NCBI GenBank assembly: GCA_036172245.1
Contig: JAYWIR010000062.1
Location: forward strand, 310,001 to 374,000
Length of the DNA: 64,000 bases
Reading direction: 5' to 3'
Origin: Raillietiella orientalis
Taxonomy: Eukaryota
Within the stretch, counting starts at the first letter, position 1, and each line of letters opens with the position of its first letter. The notes below the pieces were generated by a model. That model did not search any database. It saw only the letters and a list, made by a program, of their open reading frames with translations, and had not been told where the DNA came from. Positions 1 to 11,600 of the stretch are shown here, in pieces. The translations under genes and the position numbers were made by a program.

Positions 1-3000
1 AAGGAAAAAGTGCTGGTTCAAAATAGCCTAATCCCGACCGATCAGGATGATGATTAAAACGGAAGGAAACCTCGATGAAGAACCTCATCATCCCTCGGAA
101 GCAGAACGTAAGTTGGCTGAGGAGGAAGAGTCGGTAAATGAAGAAAACGTTGAAGGACAAAAGGTAGAAACTGAAATACTCAGAATGGCGCGGGCACGAA
201 GGACTAAGGAAAGTTAGTCCTTCGGGGACGGCGGCGACCACTCCACGAAACTACCAATAGAAAGAGAGCATTTCCAAGCCATCTACCAATCGGAGAACAC
301 ACGCGACTTTGAAGTGGCGCGTACGGAAATCGCATATCTAAAGTAAAAACCATCCTAAAAATAAAAGAAACGAAACCGTTGAAGAGGGAGCTGCTGATAA
401 AGTTGAATGTTGCATAATTTTCGAGTTTCCTTTTCATTTAGAAACAGAAAAACCAACATGAACCGAAGAAGAGCGATAAGAACGACATTCGGACACAAAA
501 ACAGCGTGCGCTCCCTCGACACCCGAAAAATAGAGGACTCCTTTCAGCCCTACTTTTCCAGGAGCTGGAAATCTCCAGAGCAGCGGATGGAAACCTGATG
601 GGAAACACCCCACTCGGAAGGAGACAAGGGACCCCTCCCCTCCTTGAATATGACTCCCTTCTCCACCAAAGAGGTAGCAGAAAAAACTTCAGCTCAGGAA
701 CGGATGGAATCACACACACGCAGGATGGAGAAAAGTGACTGCGATGTGATTACCCCCATACTTGGCATTCTATCGAAAACGATGAGAATAATTCCCCTGC
801 TGGAAGTGCGCGAAAACCATCCTGCTCCCGAAACCAGGAAGAACGCTTCAGGAATTGGCAGATTGGGGACGGATCTCCATTGGTAACAGCATATACAGAT
901 TGTACGCGAAACGCCTTTCCTCAAGAATTAAAGAGAAATGGACAATGAAATGATAAGCCCTCAGGAGAAAGGTTCCATGCCATTTTATGGAGTCCTGGAT
1001 CAAAATTCCATCCTGCAAACGCGTTTGGATCACGCGAGAAGATGTAGCAAAGATCTACGACCAGCCTTCCTTGATCTTACAAACGCATTTGGAAATATCT
1101 CTCACGAGTTTGTGTTAGGAGCTCTTAGAGGAACAGGATTGGGTGAGCAGTTCGTTACCCTCGTCAAAGACCTGCATGAGGACAGCACGACGTTCATCCA
1201 AGCGGAGTCCGCGGTCGCAGAACTGCTACAATTAGGAGGAGAGGGGTAAAAAAAGGATGCCCTCTGAGCTCCTTGCTCTTCGTGTGGTCCTTAGAGCCAG
1301 CAATTAGGACAATGAAAGAATCCTACGGGGAAGGCAGCGCACTGGCCTACGCAGATGATTTGGTGATCCCTGCTGACCCCAGGAAGAACTGAAAAAACGA
1401 ATGGTCCACTGTTGGAGTCGCTGTTGGGAAGAATTGGACTCACCGTCAACCCCACAAAGTGCGCAACACTGTTCTACCTTGGAAGAACACCAAAAGGCCT
1501 GAAACACATGGAGGTCCAACTCAAAAATGGTTGCATTCCGAACATGGAACTTTCGGAAGCCTACAAGTTCCTTGGAACGCCATCCGGAATGGAGATCTTC
1601 AACAAGCAACCTACAAAAGAAGATATCTTTCTAAAAACAGAAAAAGTTCTATCATCCGGAATGTCACCGGGGCAGAAGTCGGATGCACTTCAAGTATTCT
1701 TCTTCCCTAACCTCATCTACTCCGAGAGGGTAGGGATGCATCCGAAATCGTATCGGGAATATCCAGATATAAGGCTGCTACTCAAGGAAATACTGCGCCT
1801 CCCTCCGACTTCCGCGAACGAATATATATCTACGGTGACAAGAAAAAAAGTTGCCTTAGGCTCTTGAGCCTATCCGATGAGGCTGACACCTTCATCGTGG
1901 CTTGTTGTTTCAAGCTTTGAACATCGGCACACAAAATTGTAAGAAGTCTCGCCGGAGAATCCTTGCGTGAGGTGGTAGCAAAGAAAACACTTCAACCACC
2001 CACGGAAGAAGAAGCCGGTCGATTCCTTCCAGGGGAAAGCAAAGGAAAATTCGAAAGAAGCAGTGGAGGCATCAAGAGCCCATGGACAACGGCCAGGCAA
2101 GCTTCAAAACTCACTGAGGCAACATGGGAATTTGAAAAGGCTGAGCCAAAAATAAGGATACATGGAGTAATTCTGGATAGTGAGGGTGAGGAAGAAATTC
2201 GCGGCCAACATCCGATCCATCCAACGCGAAAAGATGTGCCTTTCCTTGATGAAAAAATCACCCAGACCAAGGGAAAGGCATGCGCAGCGTTGGATTACAT
2301 AAAGATTTTAGCCACTTCCTTACTTCGGGTGGCGGCCACATCCGGTTCGCCGATTCATCCACGCCGCAAGGCAAAACGTCCTACCTATAAGAGGAGCATT
2401 ACCAGCCGATCGCACATGCCGAAGGTGCAACTGTCAGGATGAGACATCACCGCACATATTGAATCACTGCGTAATGCACTTCCCGGTGTACACCTCTCGA
2501 CACAATGCAATCGTGCTGAAACTGCAAGATGTTGCCACAAAGGCAGGAGGATGCAAGCTGGTATCAGTGGACCAAAGGGCACTCCCTGCTGAGGCCGGAT
2601 CTCATCTTTGAAAAACATGGAAAGTGGACTATAGTGGGCATTAGTTGCCCATTCGAAGGCAAGGAAAACGCGCTCACGGAAGCGACAAAGATAAAGTAAG
2701 AAAAATATCAAACTCTAATCCACAGAATCAACCAGTCCCGCAAAACTGCCATCATAGAAGCTTTCATCGTGGGAGCCTTAGGGTCGTGGGATCCCAGGAA
2801 GTACGCTTTGCTGCATCAGGGCAAACAGCGACATCCACTGGACGCACAGACTGGGGCATCCACCTGACGATGCGAGTGACCCCACCCAATACATCGTGAG
2901 AGAAGGACAACCCAAGAGCCGGTCCATTGTCAACTGAACAGCAGCACATCAATCATATAGGAAGAGCAGGCAGAGCCAGCGGTAATGACTCTGCAGTTGT

Positions 3001-3024
3001 AAACAAAATTAATTCAATAAAAAA
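1..3024 (+). mobile_element. Degenerate RLE-type non-LTR retrotransposon (R2 superfamily, NeSL/Utopia-like); 5' part lies outside the window
   Basis: Frameshifted but colinear motifs: SA.GTDGIT (~690-720), DWGRISIGNSIYRLYAK (~860), ISPQEKG.MPFYGV, ARR..KDL..AFLDLTNAFGNISH (~1035-1105), GVKKGCPLS (~1245), ALAYADDLV (~1340), GLTVNPTKC, YKFLG, CCHC knuckle CRRC..DETSPHILNHC (~2418-2470), RHNAIV, LRPDLI (~2590), PFE, VGALGSWDP (~2770). Ends in AATAAAAAA at 3016-3024. Confidence 0.9.
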
Positions 3025-3438
3025 GATTGGCCTCCATTGGGTAACCTCGGTCAGGTCGCCCCCTTTCGGCAGCAATCTCAGCATCCCGCTCTCTTAGAAG
3101 GATGCAGGTATTCTTCCTTCTTCACGGATGTGGAGTGTCAGCTGGTGGAACAAACGCAGGGAGGCATGCAGGTATCGCTGATAGTTCGTAACGGGCACGT
3201 TATCAGGGCCGATCTTCACGGACCCAAGGGCCTGCTGCCACGCCCTTGCGCAGTTTCACAAACGCAACTTTTCACTTCTTCTTCGGAGATGTCCTCTTCA
3301 AGCTTAAGTCTTTCAGAAATTCTTCTCTCCAGCTGCCGCAGGAGCCGTTCTTGCTTCGCCGCACACAGCTGTTTTCGTCGGAAGTGTTTCGTGTAGTGCC
3401 TTTGGAAGGCATCGACGATACCCTGCGACGTTTGTCAC
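3025..3438 (-). mobile_element. Tx1/L1-clade ORF2 fragment (RT domains 0-1), ending at the RLE element
   Basis: Minus strand reads LEEDISEEEVKSC ... EEGRIPASF ... RLLPKGGDLTEVTQWRPI and stops exactly at the poly-A of the RLE element. Confidence 0.8.
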
Positions 3439-3449
3439 CCGGGGCATTT

Positions 3450-5290
3450 GTTACTAAAAAAAAAATTCTAGACAAAAAAACTTCATAATGGAGTCGTCAT
3501 AGCTGTTCGTTTCGTGGTAGAGCACTTGGTTCTACCACACTCGGGAGGCTTGCCATAACCGGTACGCATACCGGTGAGGTCCTCTCCAACGGCGAAGGGG
3601 AAGGGAAAAACAAAACAAAAATAAACAGAAAGACTTGAAAAGGGGAGGAAGATGTTTTTTTCGGGGAGGGAAGCGCAGAGAATGCATCACTGTTCGCCTG
3701 GATTGGTCCTCTGCATCCTGTTCAGGATGCTGGCTAGTGCTGCTCTCCTCGTTATTCCGGTGGGGCCATCTCGACGCGGTCTCCAGAAAGATCGTCGTCG
3801 AGAGGATGGCGTCCCTGCTGTTTTGTTTTCTTCTTTTTTGGCGTTTCACCTTGCCACGATCGCGCGAACAAAGCAGACAACTGATGGAGACGCGGCGGGG
3901 GGCATGTCCTCCGGCGTGTGCCGGCTTCGGCCTTCGTACTGGATGCAGATGTCCGTTGCCAGACTCTTCTTCTCCAGCACGCCGACTTCCGCTTTTACGT
4001 TTTGGAAGACGTACCGTCTCTCGTGCTGTTCCCAGAGCTTTGAGAGAGAGCGATCTTGGACGTTCTGCTCCCTGTACGTTTCCAGTATCAATCTCATGTC
4101 CCCGAAATGCAGTCGACTAACTTGAGCTCCGTATTTGTTTTCTGGCTTGGTCGGTGATCTCTCTTGCTCAGTTTCTATTCATTTCTGATTAACAAAAGTC
4201 ACCTTGGAAACAAAACAGATAGTCGAAAAGTACATTTAACATTCTTGCTCTAACAGACCCGATCTTCGCGATGTCGGACATTCTTCACGCAGTTGGAAAG
4301 CGACTCCGGTAATCCTAGTGGTTTTGTGGTTCTGACAAGCATCCCGTAGTCAGTGCTGCCCGAGGCCCTCACGGTACCTGCGGGTGCCACCATCGCTCCC
4401 TTAGTGGCCGCGAATGCACCTGCAGCGGCTTCCTCCCAGTTGATACATTCCCGATCTGGGGCTGCACGAGTCTGCTCCGTCATCTGGAGCGATCGGCATC
4501 TGCGTGATATTCCTCGGATGGTTTGGCATTCGTGTTCGGAGCCGACGCGGGCCCTCAGTATGAAACTTTCGCCGTTTTTCGAAAGCAACCCCATCCAGCT
4601 TCCAGAGAAGGAAGGGTGGTTGCGCTACTTCACGGACCCTTAGCATCATCGACTAGAAACGCAGGGGCTGGCGTAGGGGTAACGGCTGTAGCGTCGAATG
4701 GGGGTGACTTGATCCGCATCGAACGCCGCGTCCTTGTGCAGCTGCCGGAGACGGTTTCCATCTCTTCTCTCTCTCAGGAATGCGCTGCTCTGTGACCCTC
4801 TCTCTGGGGAGTGCACTCGGTTGCGCAAGAGCTGCAGAATTCCCTCGTGCCTGGGGGGTACGTGTGCACACGACCCGAAGCTTCCCCAGTGCATACGTTG
4901 CTGATACGTATACTCTCTTCTCCAGTGGGAGGATGTGTTGGGAGATGCGCATCTTTTCGAGCAGCTCTCTGTCTCCTTTTCCGTGTGCTTTGGGTGTCGC
5001 TCCCTTATGTTCTCTGGGTCTATCGTTGGTCTCCCTCCAGACTTGTCGATGCGGCTGCTGCGCATCTCCGTGTTGCATCCCTCTGAAGAAGTGAACAGTC
5101 AATTTCAGGATTCCCCGACCGTCGACCTTTCATAAGGGGGGAGAATGGGGCACAAGATTGTGTAGATGGTGTCTCCGTGGACTGGATAGCTCTGATTTCA
5201 CGATTGCATTCTCACGAAGGGCGTTCCTCTCGGGAAGAGCTCGCAGGGCCTCCCTCCCGACTTCGAACCATATCAAAGGTACTTCAAGAG
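3450..5290 (-). mobile_element. Degenerate Tx1/L1-like element, RT through 3' UTR (copy A)
   Basis: Decayed RT motifs (HGDTIYTILCPI, ENIRE, LEKRVY, AFDADQVT). The ORF2 end LASILNRMQR and the 3' UTR are clearly homologous to 42540-42740 and 45450-45630. Confidence 0.75.
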
Positions 5291-6877
5291 AGAGCGGAAA
5301 CTGTAATACCCAATCTGTATTCGATCCAGCAGTGTGTGCACAGATTGCTTGAAGTGTGTGATGTTTGTAATGCCAAATTGTAATTGGTCACAGAAATGGC
5401 TTGGAGCAAGACAGAATAAGGTTTTCGTACATTAAAAAAAAAAGTACTTTTACTGGAATAGAAATATGCAGCTACATGAAAGCAGTTGATTTTCCTTATT
5501 CTACTGCAAAGAGAATCTCTGCTCAGAATTCGCCCTCTGAAATCTTTCATTCCAGAAGTGAACATCTTCGCAGAAATTTCAAGTTCCACGTGAAGATTAC
5601 AGTGTTTTGTTCTGCAACGTGTAAATTGCATTTCCGGGTGCAATCCAAACGAAATGCAACTCGCAACACACCTGCATCAAAGGAATCATCGGAAAATCAT
5701 CATAAAACTTCGGTGCCGTCATTCGAGTGACAGTGAAACTTTCAAAGCCAAGTACCAGTGCAGCGATCTGAAAGGAATCAAACGTTTTCGTTCTTTTTCT
5801 AAAAATGGATCCGACTTATTTCTAATCAGCATGAATATGATCATGAATGTGATTAAAGCCAAGTGAATAAACCGAGACAAATAAGAAATTTATCTTTCGA
5901 ACAGCTGTTAAAGTTCGAAACGGACAAAAACGGACTTTTAGTGCAATTATCAGTTTCCAAATTTCGACCTGTTTGAACGCGAAACTATTCAAAATCTGTT
6001 TTTCCAGCATGGAAAATCTGTTTTTTTTTTTTTTCAAGATATGATTCAGCAAACACTCTCCTCCTTGGCCTTATTTTTAAGGGTTATATTCCATGGAACT
6101 TGCACTGATACAAAGTTGAAGGGCAGCTGCCGAAACTGTGGAAATAAACAAGTAGTTTGAAACGAAATGAAAAACCAAAGCCTCGTTTTTAAAAGTGCTA
6201 TTTAATCGAAACATCCAATGTTCTGTCCGTAGCCCTCGACAGTCACGGATGCATGAATCCTATTGCACGTCCTATTGTGCTCCTCTAACAAGGTTGTCAC
6301 TGCACAATAAACAAACAAACAAACAAACTGTGCAGCAAGATTGCTTCACAATGACTCTTTATCTTATACTTGGACAACTTGGGCTTTGTAATCAGCTCCA
6401 CCATTTTCCCACAGCATGTTTTTCCCCCTTTCATCCAATTAAGTGGAATACTTTCCTTGCAATACCACCCGACATGGATTGACCAGTCCATGAGTTGCAA
6501 CGCAGAAAACACAACCAGTGAAACACAATCAGCGTCCGTCTCTTCAACCATTCCCGTTTTATTCGTTTATACAACCAAACAACGCGCAGTTTTCTTATAA
6601 ATGCACTTATTCAAGGCTGATTCTTTCTGCCATCCCAAGTTGGTCACCACAAGTTTACTTGGAGGCATACTACTTGGAGGCCATCGGACTGGGTATGCCA
6701 AGGTCATGGTTGCATACCTACCAGACTCCCGGTCAACCTGAAATGTGCTCGAAGAAGTATTACTCAGACCAAACACAAGGAATTTATTCCCTCCGAGGTG
6801 CGCGCATAGATGGGGTGATTCATTCGGACATGAAACAGGACTACAATAAAACTTGCCAGCAAAGTGCACTGACGTTT

Positions 6878-8510
6878 TCACAGAAACTGTTCCTTCCCAG
6901 CTGAAAATCGACTATCTAAATTACTTGCTTTCTTAATGATCTTTTCTTTGTGCTCTTTACTGAGAAAGTTTACTTGTAGATCTGTATCTCTATTAAATGG
7001 AACTCTTGCAGCTGGTCCGTCCTGGAACAAATAGGAACACAGTTTCAACTGATATTTCAATTTTTACAACATTTTTGCTTTCTTGAACCCGAGACTTTCT
7101 GTGCTTTTGCAGAAGGCTTTCACTGTCTTTATTTTTTAGTTTGTCCGCTTGACTTCTCATGGAATCATCATATGCTTTCCTTCTTTTTTCTTCAAACACA
7201 TCTGAAGTTGCCTGCTGAAAGGGAACAACAATTTGGTCAAGAGCGAAACCTCCAGAGGAAAATCATCACAAACTCTCCGCACAACACTTCACGTGATGTC
7301 TGTAACCTTCACATCGAATTAATGAATGCCACAATCCCATCTAAGAATCCATCCTTTCCCAATGCGTGGGTACAGAAAAGAGTTTACCTCGAAAATGATA
7401 TCCCCATGCATAAACGTGGGTAAAAAAACTTGTTTGGGTGAAACAGTGTTCACGTGGAGGCACCTACATGCAATTCTTTCCAAAGGATATTTCAAGTGAA
7501 TCATTTCACCCACGAGCACCTTTCGAATTTAAATGGGGCAAAACATTCACGAATCACGAGGCCGCATTTCATTGGGGAAAACCAACAAATTCACAATTCT
7601 GGTGGGAAATTTGATTCCGAATAAAGCATTCAACTCAAAGGGATAAAAATTCCCCTACAAAATACAAGTAAGCGCGCCTCTCTTCAAGGATTCTTCAACG
7701 ATTTCAATCGCATTTCCCTAACTCTTAGGGCACACGCAACAGCGACACAAGTAAAACAAAATCACTCTTTAAGACTACAAAATAACTAAAGAATGCTTTG
7801 CACTTGACACCATTCACACATTTTCTCATAGAAAGAATTTCAAAAATCATTCACAAACAAGCGTAAATTGAAATGTTTAAACAAATCACCGATGGGCCTT
7901 TCTTTTTTTGTCCAGGCACAGCTGTCCACAAAGATGAATCTCCCTTTTCCGACGGCCTTCTTTGGAAACTTCTTGCCCCCAGACCAAATTTATTTAACTT
8001 TTCTTCCGGTAATTCCAACATCCACTCCTCACGTTTAGATTGCTTCTCTTCCTGGAGACATACACACATACTGAAATTGCTGCCTCACGTGAAATAGCAT
8101 AGCAAAAAGTTTTCAAGATATGGATTTAAGTTTACAAACAGAAAAGAGAGAAACTATACCAGCATCATAATTCGTTTCAACTGTCTCATATATTCATAAA
8201 CCTCCTGATTATCAGATTCTGCTTCACTGGATGGCATTGGCCCAATAAATTCTTCAGAATCTGCTTGTTCAGCCAGGCTGAATGGGGAGAAATCAGGAGG
8301 AAGAGTAGGTCCAATCACAGGAGCAGTTCTTTTAGTTTGCTCGGAATGCTGGGCAAAACCGGGAGGAAGGGCGGGCCCATAATAAAGTTCTCCAAAGCCA
8401 TCACCAGAGGCTGTACTTGTCCACGACTGCATTGGGGAACTGCTGCTCTCAGGGATTTCATCTGACACATCTTTCGAATTTGATGCACAATGTTTCACAA
8501 CATCCTGCAT
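6878..8510 (-). CDS. GPALPP1: GPALPP motifs-containing protein 1
   Basis: Exons 8510-8160, 8051-7890, 7214-7068 (or 7071) and 7021-6878, all GT-AG and in phase. Motifs YGPALPPGF, IGPTLPP, IGPMP, REEWMLELP, SLWTAVP, PFNRDTDL, C-terminal RFSAGKEQFL*. The true N-terminus may extend through upstream exons. Confidence 0.9.
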
Positions 8511-8665
8511 TGTAACTGCACAAAATTATTTCTGCAGTTTAAAACGAGTACATTCAATAGAAATCATACTGCATGGAATTCGCATTTGTATTTCTTACAA
8601 GTAATCTGAAATAAATTCGGAAACAACACGTTAAATGAAACAAAGCAAAAATCATAAAATCACTA

Positions 8666-11600
8666 TCATCTTTTTGCTTCCACCATAATAATGTGATACC
8701 CAAATATCGTTCTTACAGGAGGATCAGTGTATATAGGCTTGTCAACAGTTGACACTGGTAGGGCAAAGGCAGCACTTTGAAATGGGCCAACCATGGAGCC
8801 TCTGTTCATCCAACCTAATGAGCCCTAGAACAGGAACATGACTCCACTGACTGATCATCTTGAGATGGGAGCCAGACTGAAGAATAAACAAATCGCGAAA
8901 GGAAGCAGAAACTTTGATCCCTTTCTTCCACCTCGGAACACCCAGTTGTTTCAACACATGCAAATTGGAAAAAATAAAAAAAAGCGAAAACTTAACGCAA
9001 TACACCCCCAAACTGAAACAAAGGCAAAAGTACAGAATGCACCAAGAAGCAGTCAATGCAGTTCTATGAATATTTTATTATGCCTTGGCAAGTACTGGCA
9101 GCCAGGAATTAGAGAAATCCCTTCTACATGATTCCGAAGGAGAAAACTTTTTGAAAGGAGTAAAGATACCTTGGAAGGACACTGACAATATCTATAAATG
9201 CTTATGCAGAGCACAGCTACACACCCAGCTATGCTGAGAAGAATGGAAACACTTGCAATGTTCTCTGTGCAACTTTGCATCCTCAGTCCAGAAATATCCT
9301 GTTTTCACTCTTGACTTCTGTTTGTTCTTTGCGTTTCCTTGCACGCTCTAATTTTTCTTGCAAGCTTTTTCATCCATGCCACTCCATGGACGCACATCCA
9401 CAAAAGCACTGGCCACTCTCAAACAAAAGTATTCTATATTGCACCAGGCTGACTGCCGCAATTTTTGGGAGAGTAGCCGGATATTGGTCTGAACGACTGA
9501 GAAACACTGCCTACTTATTGTTATATTACCTTCACTGTGGCGTTCAAACCTCAAGCGCTTTTTGCCAACCTAAAATCCAAACATATTCACAAATAACTAC
9601 GCACACTTCTTGAAGCAGTTTTTGTTCTTACCATTGAAAGTCTTCTTCAGCAGTAAGAATTACATCAGGAGTATGGCTCATGCACAGTTGGAACAAAACA
9701 ACACTTTTGACGATAACGTGGTGGTTTCTTTCAGTTTGGCTTTCCCTATCTCGCATGCTCACGGTCCTCACATTTTTGGGTCTTCCTACTGTTTCCATCT
9801 CCGCTTCTCCACGCTCCCGTGATTCACTGTTAGATACTCTTCACTCCTACAGCGCACTTCTTCACATTTGAATAAAATCATTGTATGATTTCTGTATGTT
9901 CCAGTAAGTGTTGAAAGATTCATGTAACGAATCGATCGATGTTGCTTCTGCAAAACTGCAGCAGCATAGAAGAGTTGCAAGGGGAGGTGATGCAAACAGG
10001 CCAAGGAGCGGAAACACAATAGGAAAAAGGGGGATGTGAGGACACAACAGGAAATGACACCTATCCTTTAGAATATGCGCCATTCCTTTATCTGGGGAAT
10101 ACACCTCTCTGGTAGTTTGTGAGGAAAATTGCCAAACAGTTACAATTTTCTGCATTCTAGACAGGAGCAGTCCCTCGTTGGATTCCCGTGTACCTCCAAA
10201 TGCAAAATTGATCGTGTAGGAATTCAAAGCTTGACACTGTTTGAACGACACATTTCACTTTCATGCCACGATTTGGCCATTTACCTATATTCAAACCGTT
10301 TGCTTATGCAAACCTCAGATCCAGGAAACTCACCACTTAAAAAACAAAAACTGATGTCTATTCAGGGAAGACATGCTCACCGTTTCCTACTTTCATCATT
10401 CCGATTGCTTCCGCCAATTTTGTTTCTTTCAGGGCTGAGCACTTTCCTTAATCATGGGGACCCAAATGAAAAGCATTTTGCACTAACTAAAAACTTCAAT
10501 CTACTATTGTGTGCACTAAAACTACACGATAAAGACTTTCGAAAAAAAGACAGACTTCACAGTCCTGCCAACTAAGTTCTTCAATTGAAAGAAACTTTGG
10601 TTTCTTTTCGCTATATGAGATTCCTTCCAAGTTTGGAAGGAAAAAAACTGCTTCCTTGACCACTCTTGCTGAAAGGTTCTTTTCTGAAATCTGTTTCTCT
10701 TTATGCTACCTCGATTTCACCACTTATGATAAAGGATGCATTACCAAGAAATGATTCCTCATGTTCTACAGAATTGATAAGCCAAACTTATATGCAAACA
10801 TAAATGTACTGATCCATCCTTCCAGCAGACTCGAAAAGTCAAATCATGGGGGACCCAACCCACAAGAAAAAGGAACACGTTGCAGCTGTCCAAATATGTC
10901 AAAGCCCTTGATTGCTACTGTTCGCAAATAGAAAGTACATCAACTAATCATTGAAACGACTAGTTTGTTAAATGCTACAAAATTTATTAAGTTTGCATCT
11001 CCTTTGATTTCTATTTCATGAATTTTGTAAATTCGAAATGCAGTTCAAAACGGAAACATTCGAAAAATTGTGACTACAACTATTTAATGCAAGAACTGCG
11101 TATGCAATCATTTCAGTACATTTCTTCATATTGTATAGTTGATGCTATCTAATATGCAAACCCAACAGTCTGGAACCAATAAACTGCTGATCGAACATAA
11201 ATATTCCATCATGTGAAGAAACAAACAAAAAATACGTTCAACTGATGTAAAAAGCAAAGGAAATGGATGTCGCAACGATGAAAAGATTCATGCATTAATC
11301 AGAAGGTTCAGGTAATGACCAAATTTCTTTTGAAAGCATTCCGAAAGGCATTACCCCGTATCTTGCTTTATCCTCACTGTACTGAGAAGCAACTTCATGG
11401 AATTTTCCTCCATTTCTTAACTTTTCCCTGGCTTCCAATATTTTGGACTGCTTTTCACACAAGATGTGTCTAACCTAGTAAACATGCATGTTTTAAAAGA
11501 AATAGCCTCTCTTACAAATTAATACAAATTGTTTTCCCAATGGAGATGGCCACTTTGTCTTCAAAAGTTTCAACATTTCAATACAATCCATTCATTCTGA

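Noticed and set aside
3514..3538. tRNA-like TGGTAGAGCA, and a hairpin followed by GAAA on the minus strand (hammerhead-like)
   Set aside because: No cloverleaf or T-arm, and no CUGANGA core. It is part of the retroelement 3' UTR.
3025..5290. Idea that this is a circularly permuted element, or that a second RLE 5' end begins at 5135
   Set aside because: 5135-5260 continues the minus-strand RT (HGD..ILCPI). Two tandem copies explain the order.
8720..8800. Cys-rich peptide first read as a piggyBac C-terminal domain
   Set aside because: It is an alternative reading frame of PIN4 exon 3.
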